DNA of 64,000 nt from Alphaproteobacteria bacterium. GTDB lineage: Bacteria; Pseudomonadota; Alphaproteobacteria; UBA9219. Position numbers and translations under genes: made by a program. Below the pieces are notes generated by a model. That model was not told the DNA's origin and made no database searches. It saw only the letters and a list, made by a program, of their open reading frames with translations. The stretch covers positions 3,713 through 67,712 of the forward strand of contig WRDR01000004.1 of assembly GCA_009779745.1 (NCBI GenBank). Reading direction: 5' to 3'. Below are positions 55,730 through 64,000 of the stretch, piece after piece; within the stretch, counting starts at the first letter, position 1; each line of letters opens with the position of its first letter.

Positions 55730-56461
55730 TCACATTACCTCTTCCAGCCCGTACAGCAGCGTTTTCTTCCCAACTATATTCTTAGCTGCCAGCCTTATGC
55801 CTGCACTGAAAGAAGACCTGTCCGAAGAATCATGCTCTATCGACAACGTTTGCCCTGTGTCTCCAAAAATCACTTTTTCTTGGGCTATTACTCCTGTTCT
55901 TCTTATCGAGTGAATCCTTACTCCTCTTACTTCTCCTCCACGGAATTCATTAATCTCGCCAAGCTCCCCGGGCACCTGCATAGCCGCCTCTGCCCTGCCC
56001 TCTGCTATCAGCTCCGCAGTCCTTACCGCAGTTCCGGACGGCGCATCCAGCTTTTTCTCATGATGAGATTCTATAATCTCTACGTAAGGCATGTACTTCG
56101 CAGCTTCCTTTGCAAACTTCATTAACAGCACCGCACCTATCGCAAAATTAGGAACGATAATTCCTCCGATTTTTTTTTCATCACATACTTTTCTTAAAGA
56201 CGCAACCTGCTCTCCGGTAAAACCGCTAGTCCCGATTACCGGCTGCGCTCCGGCATTGATAATCTTCAAAAAATTCTCATGCCCCAGCCCTGCAAATGTA
56301 AAGTCTATCACAACCTGCGGTTTATAAGCCTTTATTGCTTCTTCCAGATTATCCTCTTTATCAGTCTGCCCAACCAGCGCAAAATCAGAGTCAGAAGAAA
56401 TAGCTCCGGCAGCCAAAGTCCCCATACGCCCCTTAGCTCCATTTATCAAAACAGAAATCAT
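55730..56461 (-). CDS. dapB: 4-hydroxy-tetrahydrodipicolinate reductase
   Basis: The N-terminus MISVLINGAKGRMGTLAAGAI (NAD(P)-binding) and the C-terminal DapB domain (EIIESHHEKKLDAPSGTA) are present. The protein is 243 aa. Confidence 0.9.
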   Translation of the reverse strand: MISVLINGAKGRMGTLAAGAISSDSDFALVGQTDKEDNLEEAIKAYKPQVVIDFTFAGLGHENFLKIINAGAQPVIGTSGFTGEQVASLRKVCDEKKIGGIIVPNFAIGAVLLMKFAKEAAKYMPYVEIIESHHEKKLDAPSGTAVRTAELIAEGRAEAAMQVPGELGEINEFRGGEVRGVRIHSIRRTGVIAQEKVIFGDTGQTLSIEHDSSDRSSFSAGIRLAAKNIVGKKTLLYGLEEVM

Positions 56462-56473
56462 GATATACCTCTT

Positions 56474-56758
56474 TTAATGATTAGTCCGATACCGGTTGTT
56501 TTCTTGTATCAAAGACAGCACATTATCATACCTATCCCAATAAGACAACTCAGATACTGTATGCTCATTTATCCCTTCGAACACCTCCAGAGTTCTTAAA
56601 ACCGCCACTGCGTCCATAAATCCAAGCCCATGCACCAACCCCTCAAAATCTGTCAGCTTAGACTCTTCTTCATCAAAAAAATACAACGGTTCTTCAACAG
56701 CCATGTCTTTAAAAACCAAGCTGTCTTCAACTTTAAACTTCTTATTACTATTTTTCAT
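56474..56758 (-). CDS. Hypothetical acidic protein (94 aa)
   Basis: No motif was recognised. It lies between dapB and a divergent GNAT gene. Confidence 0.3.
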   Translation of the reverse strand: MKNSNKKFKVEDSLVFKDMAVEEPLYFFDEEESKLTDFEGLVHGLGFMDAVAVLRTLEVFEGINEHTVSELSYWDRYDNVLSLIQENNRYRTNH

Positions 56759-56898
56759 AAATAAATCTCACTATTTTTCGAATCGAAACATGCAAATCGA
56801 TGCAGTAACAGTATGAATCCCTCTGCATAAAAATCAACAAGCCTCTTTTACATTATCCACAATTTTGTGGTAGAGTGTATTGGAAGGGAGAATTACTC

Positions 56899-57198
56899 AT
56901 GACGGATAAAATAGAATATAAATTAGACGAAGCCGACAACAGCGTTGGCGCATATCTGGACAACAAAAAAATCGGTGAGCTTAATTTCACAACAGAATAT
57001 CCCTCGATTCTGGCAATCACTCGAACTTGGACAGATGATGAATTCCGGGGACGCGGCATAGGAGCCGAATTAGTACGCTATATAGCAGAGTATGCGCGTA
57101 AAAATGAAAAAAAGATAATATCGAAGTGCAGCTTTGCGGTAACGTTCTTCAAAAACAACCCTGCATTTCAAGACTTAGAGTATAAAGAGTCTACTTAG
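56899..57198 (+). CDS. Small GNAT-family N-acetyltransferase
   Basis: The acetyl-CoA-binding pattern DDEFRGRGIGAELVRYIAEYAR is present. The protein is 99 aa from the ATG with a GGAAGGGAG SD; the ORF-track start at 56875 is upstream of the SD. Confidence 0.7.
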   Translation: MTDKIEYKLDEADNSVGAYLDNKKIGELNFTTEYPSILAITRTWTDDEFRGRGIGAELVRYIAEYARKNEKKIISKCSFAVTFFKNNPAFQDLEYKEST

Positions 57199-57517
57199 TA
57201 ACCCACTCGCCTTTGGCATTCTGGTATTTAGACCCAGCAGGCAGTTTGGCTATTATCTCTTCAGCAGCCAGCTTTGCGACTATGTCAACAGGCTGACCGT
57301 TTTCTTTGGATATTTTCGCATATGCAGCCTGTCTTTGAGCGTTTACGCCGGCGACAAAACTTGCTACTTCAGCGTCCTTAGATATAGCCGTAACAAATCC
57401 GTTTAGATTCTCACCCACAAGACCGCTTTTGCGCGCTTGCTGTAAATCCATAGCCTGCGCCGCTGTTGCACACATAAAAAACAGCATTGCCGCTGCCAGA
57501 AACATTTTGAACTTCAT
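57191..57517 (-). CDS. ydbL: YdbL-family (DUF1318) periplasmic protein
   Basis: A signal peptide plus LQQARKSGLVGENLNGFV…GVNAQRQAAYAKIS…YQNAKGEWV are present. It is the third gene of a ydbH-ynbE-ydbL-type operon. Confidence 0.7.
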   Translation of the reverse strand: MKFKMFLAAAMLFFMCATAAQAMDLQQARKSGLVGENLNGFVTAISKDAEVASFVAGVNAQRQAAYAKISKENGQPVDIVAKLAAEEIIAKLPAGSKYQNAKGEWVTK

Positions 57518-57538
57518 TTATTTTCTCCTTCTCAAAAA

Positions 57539-57727
57539 CTAGAATATATTAGGATTATCAGCAATCGCTTTTCTTACGTCCTGCTGTATTTCTACTTTAA
57601 CGTGCTGCTCTATTTTCACGTTCAGGTTAATCTCTATGGGCTTATCCGGAGCCTCTACTTTTACCGTAGGAGAACACGCAGCCATTCCTAAGACCATGAC
57701 AGTTATAGCCAATAAATTAATATTCAT
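57539..57727 (-). CDS. ynbE: YnbE-family lipoprotein
   Basis: The protein is 62 aa with a lipobox (LGMAAC) and repeats VKVEAPDKPIEINLNVKIEQHVKVEIQ, typical of YnbE. Confidence 0.7.
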   Translation of the reverse strand: MNINLLAITVMVLGMAACSPTVKVEAPDKPIEINLNVKIEQHVKVEIQQDVRKAIADNPNIF

Positions 57728-57728
57728 A

Positions 57729-59180
57729 TCAAATTCCCATTTCTTTTGTTTGCTGCAACAATTTTTGAGGCTTTGTTAACAGCATAAAATTTTGTTGAAT
57801 CAGGTTTATCATATCGCCTTGAAGGTTAACATTTAATTTAACAGGTCTGCCGTTTTCTACAACAGGATTATTGCCCTCTATCTTCATTTTTATGACCATT
57901 TCGCCGGAAGGCAGAGTATCCAGCTCCAAGACCAGAGCAGAAAAATGAAAATTCTGAACTATGTTTCTTACCAGCTCCACAGCTACGTTGTCTCCCGGGA
58001 TATACTCAGGCGGCAAGGTTAGGGTTCCGGGCTCTATAGCCTTTAAAATTCCGTTATGAACCAGTATGTTATTATCCTCTGTAAATGTGATAGGTAATTT
58101 CCCGGATATTTTGCCGGTTATGGATATTTTGTCCTCCAGCATTGTTTTTAACAGCTCCTCCGCTGAAACAGCCTCAACGTTCAGCGTAAACTTTATGCTT
58201 TTATTCTTGCCCGAATCACCCATAGGTATAGAAATCTTACTCGCAGAAAAAAAGCCTCCTCCGAAAGCATAGTTTATCTTGTCTATGTTCAATATCTGTT
58301 TGTTCGGCTCATGAATTAAATCAAAATTCACGCTGAATGCGTTGTTTTCTCCTAATAATTTCCCTTTATATTTCGCATATATTCCCGAATCTTTTTTCTG
58401 TTCAACACTAAGCGTGCCGTCTCCTGAAAACAGCGGAATATCTATGTCTCCTGCCTCTACCTTAGCTTCCGATATTTTCAAGTTCCCGGACCAGCCGAAT
58501 TTCTCTATATCAGCAAAATTTCTAACAGTACTCTTTCCTTCTCCTGTCAAACTCTTAATCGTACCTTTTAATTCATCAAATTTAAAAGATGCGCTATTTA
58601 CTTCAAAAGTATCAAACATCTCACCTATGGCAATACTCGGCACCTCCAGTTCAAAATTCTCAGACTTCGCCTGTACTCCTGAAATATTTATTCCTTTCAG
58701 AATGATGTCTTCTAATTTTAATCCGTTATGCTCAAAATATGATTCAACCTTTTCAATTGCCGTATCAATTTCAGCCGCATTCACAAAAATATTTGTTATT
58801 TCTGCTTTTGAAAAATCAAAAGGAGCCGTGATACGGGCTGCCCCTGCTGTTACAGCTTCAGACAAAAAGAACAATTCTGACAAGCTAATCGTCTCTTCTA
58901 TGAGATTCGGATACACTCTGCCGACTGAAAACCTGTTCCCGTCCAGTTTCAACTCTATGCCGTCAACTTCCAACTCAAATAAATTAAACTTGGAAACTTT
59001 GAAGCTTACGTCCTCGTGCCCCATGCCTTCAAGCGTTTGTTTTAACGGCTTTTCTATTAAAGTATCCAAAAACACTGCCGAATACCCCAGAACCCACACA
59101 AACACGACAAATGCAGCAACCGTAAACAGTTCTCCGAATATTCTTGCTTTTAAAAAGAATTTTGCTCCTTTATCCCACAC
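57729..59180 (-). CDS. ydbH: YdbH-like (AsmA-like / dicarboxylate-transport domain) membrane-anchored protein
   Basis: An N-terminal TM anchor is followed by a β-rich domain. Its position directly upstream of ynbE-ydbL mirrors E. coli ydbH-ynbE-ydbL. The protein is 483 aa, shorter than E. coli YdbH. Confidence 0.55.
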   Translation of the reverse strand: MWDKGAKFFLKARIFGELFTVAAFVVFVWVLGYSAVFLDTLIEKPLKQTLEGMGHEDVSFKVSKFNLFELEVDGIELKLDGNRFSVGRVYPNLIEETISLSELFFLSEAVTAGAARITAPFDFSKAEITNIFVNAAEIDTAIEKVESYFEHNGLKLEDIILKGINISGVQAKSENFELEVPSIAIGEMFDTFEVNSASFKFDELKGTIKSLTGEGKSTVRNFADIEKFGWSGNLKISEAKVEAGDIDIPLFSGDGTLSVEQKKDSGIYAKYKGKLLGENNAFSVNFDLIHEPNKQILNIDKINYAFGGGFFSASKISIPMGDSGKNKSIKFTLNVEAVSAEELLKTMLEDKISITGKISGKLPITFTEDNNILVHNGILKAIEPGTLTLPPEYIPGDNVAVELVRNIVQNFHFSALVLELDTLPSGEMVIKMKIEGNNPVVENGRPVKLNVNLQGDMINLIQQNFMLLTKPQKLLQQTKEMGI

Positions 59181-60600
59181 GCGACACCCTCTCTGTTACT
59201 TCTCGTTGTCCCAGTATTTCCGCAGCCTTAAAAATAGGAGGCGAGACAGTGCTTCCGCTCAAAGCCACTCTGAACGGCTGTGCCACGGCTCCCAATTTGA
59301 CTCCTTTGGTATCTGCGTATTCTCTGAATATGTTTTCTATATTCTCTGATGTAAAGTCTTTCATGTTCTTCAAAGACTCCAAAATATCTTTCAAATACGG
59401 TTTTCCTTCATTCAATACTTTCAAAGATTTCTCATCAAACTCAAAAGCTCCGGAGTGAAACAAAAACTCTGCGGACTTTGCCAATTCTACTAATGTTTGC
59501 GCTCTTATTTTCAAATCAGGCATTGCCTTTAGAAGCATCTCTTTTTCACATTGAGACAGCTCTTTATCGATAAGAGAAACTAAATCCGCATCATCTTTTA
59601 CTTTAATATAATGAGCGTTCAGATTGTTCAGCTTGGCAAAATCAAATCTCGCAGGAGATTTTCCTACGGATTCAAGATTAAACCATTCCAGTGCCTGCGC
59701 ATCAGAAATTATCTCATCATCTCCATGCGACCAGCACAGCCTTAAAAGATAGTTCCTCAGCGTTTCAGGCAAATAGCCTTTTTCTTTATAGTCGCCTACG
59801 GCAGGAGCTCCGTGTCTCTTAGACAATTTTGCACCGTCCGGTCCCAGTATCATCGGCAAATGAGCAAATACCGGTGCTTCCCAGCCCATAGCATTATATA
59901 TGTGCACCTGACGGAAAGTATTAGTCATGTGATCATCGCCGCGGATAACATGAGTAATACCCATGTCGTAATCATCAACAACAACCGCCAGCATGTATGT
60001 AGGCGTGCCGTCCGACCTTACCAGTATCATGTCATCAAGCTGTGCGTTTTCTACGGTAATTTTTCCCATAACAGCATCTTCTACGACTGTTGCTCCTGTC
60101 AGAGGCGTTTTGAGTCTTATGACTGGTTTTACTCCTTTTGGAGCTTCTTTAGGGTCTCTGTCTCTCCATCTTCCGTCATATTTCTGAGGCAGACCTTTTT
60201 CTTTTTGTTCCGCCCTCATAATTTCCAGCTCTTCAGGCGAGGCATAACAATAATAAGCCGCTCCGCGTTCTATCATTTTCAAGGCAGCCTGTCTGTGGCG
60301 TTCTCTTTGGTCGTACTGAGAATAGTATTCTCTTTTATTGCCCTTATCGTCCGTATAGTCCTTGTTATCCCAATCCAGCCCCAGCCACTGCATACCCTCT
60401 ATGATAGTCGCAATGGATTCGGGCGTAGATCTTGCTCTGTCAGTATCTTCCACGCGCAGAAGGAACTTCCCATTATTATGCCGCGCATAGAGCCAAGCAA
60501 ACAACGCAGTTCTGGCTCCTCCTATGTGCAAGAACCCGGTAGGAGACGGCGCAAATCTTGTTACAACTGTTTTTTTATTAGACACTTTATCACTTCCCAA
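59170..60600 (-). CDS. gltX: Glutamate--tRNA ligase
   Basis: The HIGH motif (TRFAPSPTGFLHIGGARTALFAWLYAR) and KMSKS (KLSKRHG) are present. The protein is 476 aa. Confidence 0.95.
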   Translation of the reverse strand: MGSDKVSNKKTVVTRFAPSPTGFLHIGGARTALFAWLYARHNNGKFLLRVEDTDRARSTPESIATIIEGMQWLGLDWDNKDYTDDKGNKREYYSQYDQRERHRQAALKMIERGAAYYCYASPEELEIMRAEQKEKGLPQKYDGRWRDRDPKEAPKGVKPVIRLKTPLTGATVVEDAVMGKITVENAQLDDMILVRSDGTPTYMLAVVVDDYDMGITHVIRGDDHMTNTFRQVHIYNAMGWEAPVFAHLPMILGPDGAKLSKRHGAPAVGDYKEKGYLPETLRNYLLRLCWSHGDDEIISDAQALEWFNLESVGKSPARFDFAKLNNLNAHYIKVKDDADLVSLIDKELSQCEKEMLLKAMPDLKIRAQTLVELAKSAEFLFHSGAFEFDEKSLKVLNEGKPYLKDILESLKNMKDFTSENIENIFREYADTKGVKLGAVAQPFRVALSGSTVSPPIFKAAEILGQREVTERVSRVG

Positions 60601-60637
60601 TTACTATTGTATTCTTTTCATATGAACCGATTTCACA

Positions 60638-62779
60638 ATGTACAAGACTTATCGCTCATTTTCAACGGTTCTTTCACGCCTCTATGAACAGGAAAAGCAC
60701 TCTTTCAGACATTTTCTGTCCGTAGTATTCATCGCAGGGATTATATGCTATTTTTACCTGCCGTTCGAGCCATCTCTGTGGATTTTTGCCGCAACTGCCT
60801 TTTTGACAGCCCTATACTTTTTGCTTAACCATATAAACTCGCACCGCAATTTTGTATATCCTGTTTCTGTAGTTGTATTAGTCCTCTGCTTGTTTCTTAC
60901 AGGCATTTCCGCTTCCAAGATTGAAAACATGCTGGATAGTGCTCAAATCTTGGAAACAGATGTTGAGAATAAAAAGATTTCCGGAACTGTCGATAGAGTC
61001 GATGTTCTGCCGGACGGAATCAAAGTCACGTTATTAAATCCCAAAATCGAAAGCATACCTATCGATAAAACTCCGAAAAAGATTAGAGTCCGCTTCAAAG
61101 AATTATCTCTTTCAGAAACTCCGAAAGCCGGCTCTGTTATAGGATTTACCGGCTCTTTGAAAGCTGTAAGCGAAAAAGCTGCTCCAATGACTAATGATTT
61201 CAGGCGACAATATTACTATGATCAACTGGGCGCAAGCGGCTGGAGCGACAGCAATATCAAAATCATAAGTGACGCTAAACCTGCTGATACCGGGATTCTT
61301 GACAGTTTCAATTTCACTCTTGAGAACGCCAGAAAAATAATAGCCAAAAGAGTTTACGAACGTTTATCCGGAGATGTTGCCGCTGTTACTGCCGCCAAAA
61401 TGACAGGCGAACAGTCAATGATTTCCGAAGAAACTAATGAGGCTATGCGGGTCTCAGGGCTAATCCACCTGCTTGCTACGTCAGGTGCTAACGTTACTAT
61501 TATGGGACTGCTTATCTATTTCCCTATACGCTTACTCCTAGCTCTTTTCCCGCCTATAGCCTTACGTTACAACATCAAGAAAATAGCGGCTTTCGGTGCT
61601 ATTCTTTCTGCTGCGGGATTCACTTTTCTTGTCGGAGCCAATGCCGCAACTGTCCGCTCTCTTGTCATGGTCATCATTGCTATGATTGCTGTTTTCATAG
61701 ACAGGCACACTACTTCTTTGCAAATCGTCATCTCTTCCGCAGTTATCGGATTACTTCTGGTTCCTTCTGCTGCAATCGGTGCCAGCTTTCAAATGTCTTT
61801 TGCGGCAGTGTTTTGTCTCATTGCTCTTTCCTATTCCGAATCTCAAAAACGTTATGCTCTGGAAGAAAAGCCTTTTCTTATACTTTTATCTTTGTTAATT
61901 CCGGTCTGGATTATTATTCGTACTTCTATTATTTCTACTGTGTCTATTGCTCCCTTTTCTATTTTTCATTTTAATGCTTTTTCTCTTTACGGCATTCTCG
62001 CAAACATAGTTGCCGTGCCAATCACCAGCTTCTGTATCATGCCTTGGACTATTTTTGCTTATTTATCTATTCCTTTTGGTCTCGAAGGCTTTTTCATAGA
62101 TATGGCTGCTGTGGGCAATGCCTTTACCATTGCTATTGCTCACGCTGTTGCCGGTTTAGAGCATTCTACGTTTTATGCCTCTTACATGCCGCCTTTCTCT
62201 TTAGTTCTTATTTCTCTAGGCGGCTTTGCTTTCTGCATCTTTAAAAGCAATATCAAGTTTATTTTTCTTATCCCTGTTGTATTAGGTTTTCTCTATCCAT
62301 TATATACTCCTTTGCCGGATATTCTTGTTTCTCCTTCAAGAACTATGGTTGGCGTTTTTACAAATTCTCAATTAATCATCTTCGGCAAAAGAGAAAAATT
62401 CATTCTGTCTCAGTGGCAGCAAATCCTAGCTAATCCCGATACTATCAACTCTTCAGCTATTCCAGACGTGTCAGCCGAGACTCATGATAAGGGCTGCTCT
62501 AAGGATTTTTGTTTTATAACTGTTAATGATTATACTGTTTTTGCGCCTGTTTCTGAAAAATCTATTTCTCATTTGTGCAGGAGCTTTGACCCGGACAAGC
62601 ACATAATTTTAAACACTTTGGATACTCCGTCTTGTCTTGACGGCATAAAATCTCAGAACATAATCCAGACTCAAAAACTGGATTCTTCCAGAGGAGCAGC
62701 CGTTTTCTTTCTGAATAAAGATGGTATACGAGCGGAGTTTTCTGATGAGCGTGCTTACGAAAGACCTTGGAGTCCTTAG
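60638..62779 (+). CDS. comEC: ComEC/Rec2-family DNA internalisation channel protein
   Basis: It is polytopic with a competence-domain motif (VSGLIHLLATSGANVTIMGLLIY). The protein is 713 aa. Confidence 0.75.
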   Translation: MYKTYRSFSTVLSRLYEQEKHSFRHFLSVVFIAGIICYFYLPFEPSLWIFAATAFLTALYFLLNHINSHRNFVYPVSVVVLVLCLFLTGISASKIENMLDSAQILETDVENKKISGTVDRVDVLPDGIKVTLLNPKIESIPIDKTPKKIRVRFKELSLSETPKAGSVIGFTGSLKAVSEKAAPMTNDFRRQYYYDQLGASGWSDSNIKIISDAKPADTGILDSFNFTLENARKIIAKRVYERLSGDVAAVTAAKMTGEQSMISEETNEAMRVSGLIHLLATSGANVTIMGLLIYFPIRLLLALFPPIALRYNIKKIAAFGAILSAAGFTFLVGANAATVRSLVMVIIAMIAVFIDRHTTSLQIVISSAVIGLLLVPSAAIGASFQMSFAAVFCLIALSYSESQKRYALEEKPFLILLSLLIPVWIIIRTSIISTVSIAPFSIFHFNAFSLYGILANIVAVPITSFCIMPWTIFAYLSIPFGLEGFFIDMAAVGNAFTIAIAHAVAGLEHSTFYASYMPPFSLVLISLGGFAFCIFKSNIKFIFLIPVVLGFLYPLYTPLPDILVSPSRTMVGVFTNSQLIIFGKREKFILSQWQQILANPDTINSSAIPDVSAETHDKGCSKDFCFITVNDYTVFAPVSEKSISHLCRSFDPDKHIILNTLDTPSCLDGIKSQNIIQTQKLDSSRGAAVFFLNKDGIRAEFSDERAYERPWSP

Positions 62780-62836
62780 AGAAAGTGTGGAATTGGTGTA
62801 AATATTCTTAACTCCACTCTCAACACTCCACACTTT

Positions 62837-63448
62837 TCATTCCGCTTTCTTCTTCCTAAGAGCTCTTTTCGGCTTCTCAGGTTTCTTCTCAGAATCTTCA
62901 GAAGCTGCTTCAACAACTACCTCTTCAGAAACCTCTTCTTCGGCCTTAGCCGCCTTTTTACTTACGCTCTTCTCTTTCTTAGCCTGAACTTCCGCTTCTT
63001 CCGCAGAACGCGCCACGTTCACAACAATTGTAACCGTAACCTCAGGGTGCAGCTTTATTCTCACGTCGAAAAGCCCCAGCGTCTTAATAGGCGTGTCTAT
63101 CAGCACTTGCAGTCTGGACAGCTTGTATCCTTTTTCTTCCGCAATCTCCACGACATCCTTTGCTGTCACAGAGCCGAACAACTGCCCCATTTCACTGGCC
63201 TGACGCACAACAACCAGAGTCATACCCTGTATTTGTTTGCCTAATTCTTCGGCTAAAACACGCAGCTCTGCATTGCTTGCTTCAATATCGGCTCTCTGCT
63301 TCTCAAAAAACGCTAAGTTTTCTTTAGTAGCTCTCAGCGCCTTTTTCTTCGGCAGCAAATAGTTGCGCGCAAATCCGGGACGAACTTTAACAGTCTGACC
63401 CAATACTCCGAGTCTTTCGATTTTTTCTAATAAAATAACTTCTATCAT
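62837..63448 (-). CDS. rplI: 50S ribosomal protein L9, with a long K/E-rich C-terminal tail
   Basis: The N-terminus MIEVILLEKIERLGVLGQTVKVRPGFARNYLLPKKKALRATKENL is the L9 signature. A ~50-aa charged C-terminal extension is present. Confidence 0.9.
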   Translation of the reverse strand: MIEVILLEKIERLGVLGQTVKVRPGFARNYLLPKKKALRATKENLAFFEKQRADIEASNAELRVLAEELGKQIQGMTLVVVRQASEMGQLFGSVTAKDVVEIAEEKGYKLSRLQVLIDTPIKTLGLFDVRIKLHPEVTVTIVVNVARSAEEAEVQAKKEKSVSKKAAKAEEEVSEEVVVEAASEDSEKKPEKPKRALRKKKAE

Positions 63449-63483
63449 GACTACTTATCTCCTTTAACGGAAAAATGCTAAGA

Positions 63484-63780
63484 TTAGTTAGCGTTTCCTC
63501 TTCTGTCTAAATACGGTAAAAGCGCAATAAACCTAGCGCGCTTGATAGCCTGCGCCAGTTCACGCTGTTTCTTTGCAGATACTGATGTTATATGGCTCGG
63601 CATTATCTTGCCGCGCTCGGATATAAACCTTTTCAGCATATTCACATCTTTATAATCAATCTTGATTGCATCTTTACCGGAAAAAGGACACGTTTTGCGG
63701 GAACGCTTAAAACCTCCGAAATTATTGGAAGTCAAAAGATTCCTGTCCTTGTAACTCTTGTCATTACCTTGCGTTCTCAT
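63484..63780 (-). CDS. rpsR: 30S ribosomal protein S18
   Basis: The motif …[40 protein letters not shown] is the S18 signature. Confidence 0.9.
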   Translation of the reverse strand: MRTQGNDKSYKDRNLLTSNNFGGFKRSRKTCPFSGKDAIKIDYKDVNMLKRFISERGKIMPSHITSVSAKKQRELAQAIKRARFIALLPYLDRRGNAN

Positions 63781-63783
63781 AGG

Positions 63784-64000
63784 TTACTCTCCTTTACTAT
63801 CAACAGAAACATCGGCCGTTTTCACAGCACGGGTTCTTCCGCTTGTACTTCTGTCAGGTTTTTCACCGGATAAAAAATTATCCGTGCGTTCTTCTTTTCT
63901 TAGAATCACGGAAGGAGCCGTCTCAAGCTCTTCTACGCGTATAGTCATAAAACGCAGCACGTCTTCACTGAGTCTCATGTTGCGTTCCATTTCCGTTATA
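63784..64000 (-). CDS. rpsF: 30S ribosomal protein S6, C-terminal part; the N-terminus lies beyond the window end
   Basis: The segment …LRFMTIRVEELETAP… resembles the S6 core RFNDAVIRSMVMR region. It is followed by an acidic/basic tail in the rpsF-rpsR-rplI order. Confidence 0.7.
   Translation of the reverse strand, partial: ITEMERNMRLSEDVLRFMTIRVEELETAPSVILRKEERTDNFLSGEKPDRSTSGRTRAVKTADVSVDSKGE

Noticed and set aside
56169-56177. T9/A9 homopolymer inside dapB as a phase-variation site.
   Set aside because: It encodes Lys-Lys (AAA AAA) in an AT-rich genome. Such A/T runs are common and expected here, unlike the C12 tract.

Overview
This 64-kb window is AT-rich and comes from an alphaproteobacterium; the RpoB N-terminus (…[15 protein letters not shown]…[17 protein letters not shown]) is alpha-type. 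The combination of flagellar export genes (fliR, flhB) with an rplK / rplJ-rplL / rpoB-rpoC cluster split into three separate pieces suggests a rearranged, repeat-rich genome, most likely an obligate-intracellular or symbiont-type Rickettsiales/Holosporales-like lineage. Most of the window is housekeeping: rplK (partial), topA, dprA, plsY, pyrB, an RluA-family pseudouridine synthase, an AsmA-family protein, tRNA-Asp(GTC), HU, yggT, folD, miaB, pgk, mntP, rplL, rplJ, rpsD, tRNA-Arg(TCT), clpS, fliR, flhB, a dGTPase, rpoC, rpoB, uvrD, ligA, cysE, dapB, a ydbH-ynbE-ydbL operon, gltX, comEC, rplI, rpsR and rpsF (partial). The unusual content is as follows: (1) a hypothetical gene (43537-44493) carrying a 12-C homopolymer inside the reading frame, a candidate phase-variation switch; (2) a PcfJ-like, mobile-element-type gene inserted in the normally contiguous dprA-topA pair, split into 436-aa and 192-aa pieces by a frameshift at an A8 run, next to a MITE-like palindromic element with ATTCCC…GGGAAT stems; (3) tandem GGAAAAT heptamer arrays that occur as inverted pairs flanking single genes (clpS, a four-helix-bundle protein, cysE) and surround an atypical 856-aa Hsp70 with a non-canonical C-terminal half; (4) two paralogous TPR + GT9-like glycosyltransferases, one directly downstream of fliR-flhB, a candidate FlmG-like flagellin glycosyltransferase; (5) an OmpA-family protein with three tandem Cys-rich modules; (6) a roughly 270-nt highly structured RNA element ending in an intrinsic terminator immediately upstream of a 35-aa hydrophobic peptide ORF, a candidate riboswitch or ncRNA; (7) a decaying XRE / phage-like module with two frameshifted genes and a highly structured leader; and (8) a GNAT gene truncated by a dispersed short repeat. 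No CRISPR array or rRNA was found, and no tmRNA, RNase P or SRP RNA signature was found.
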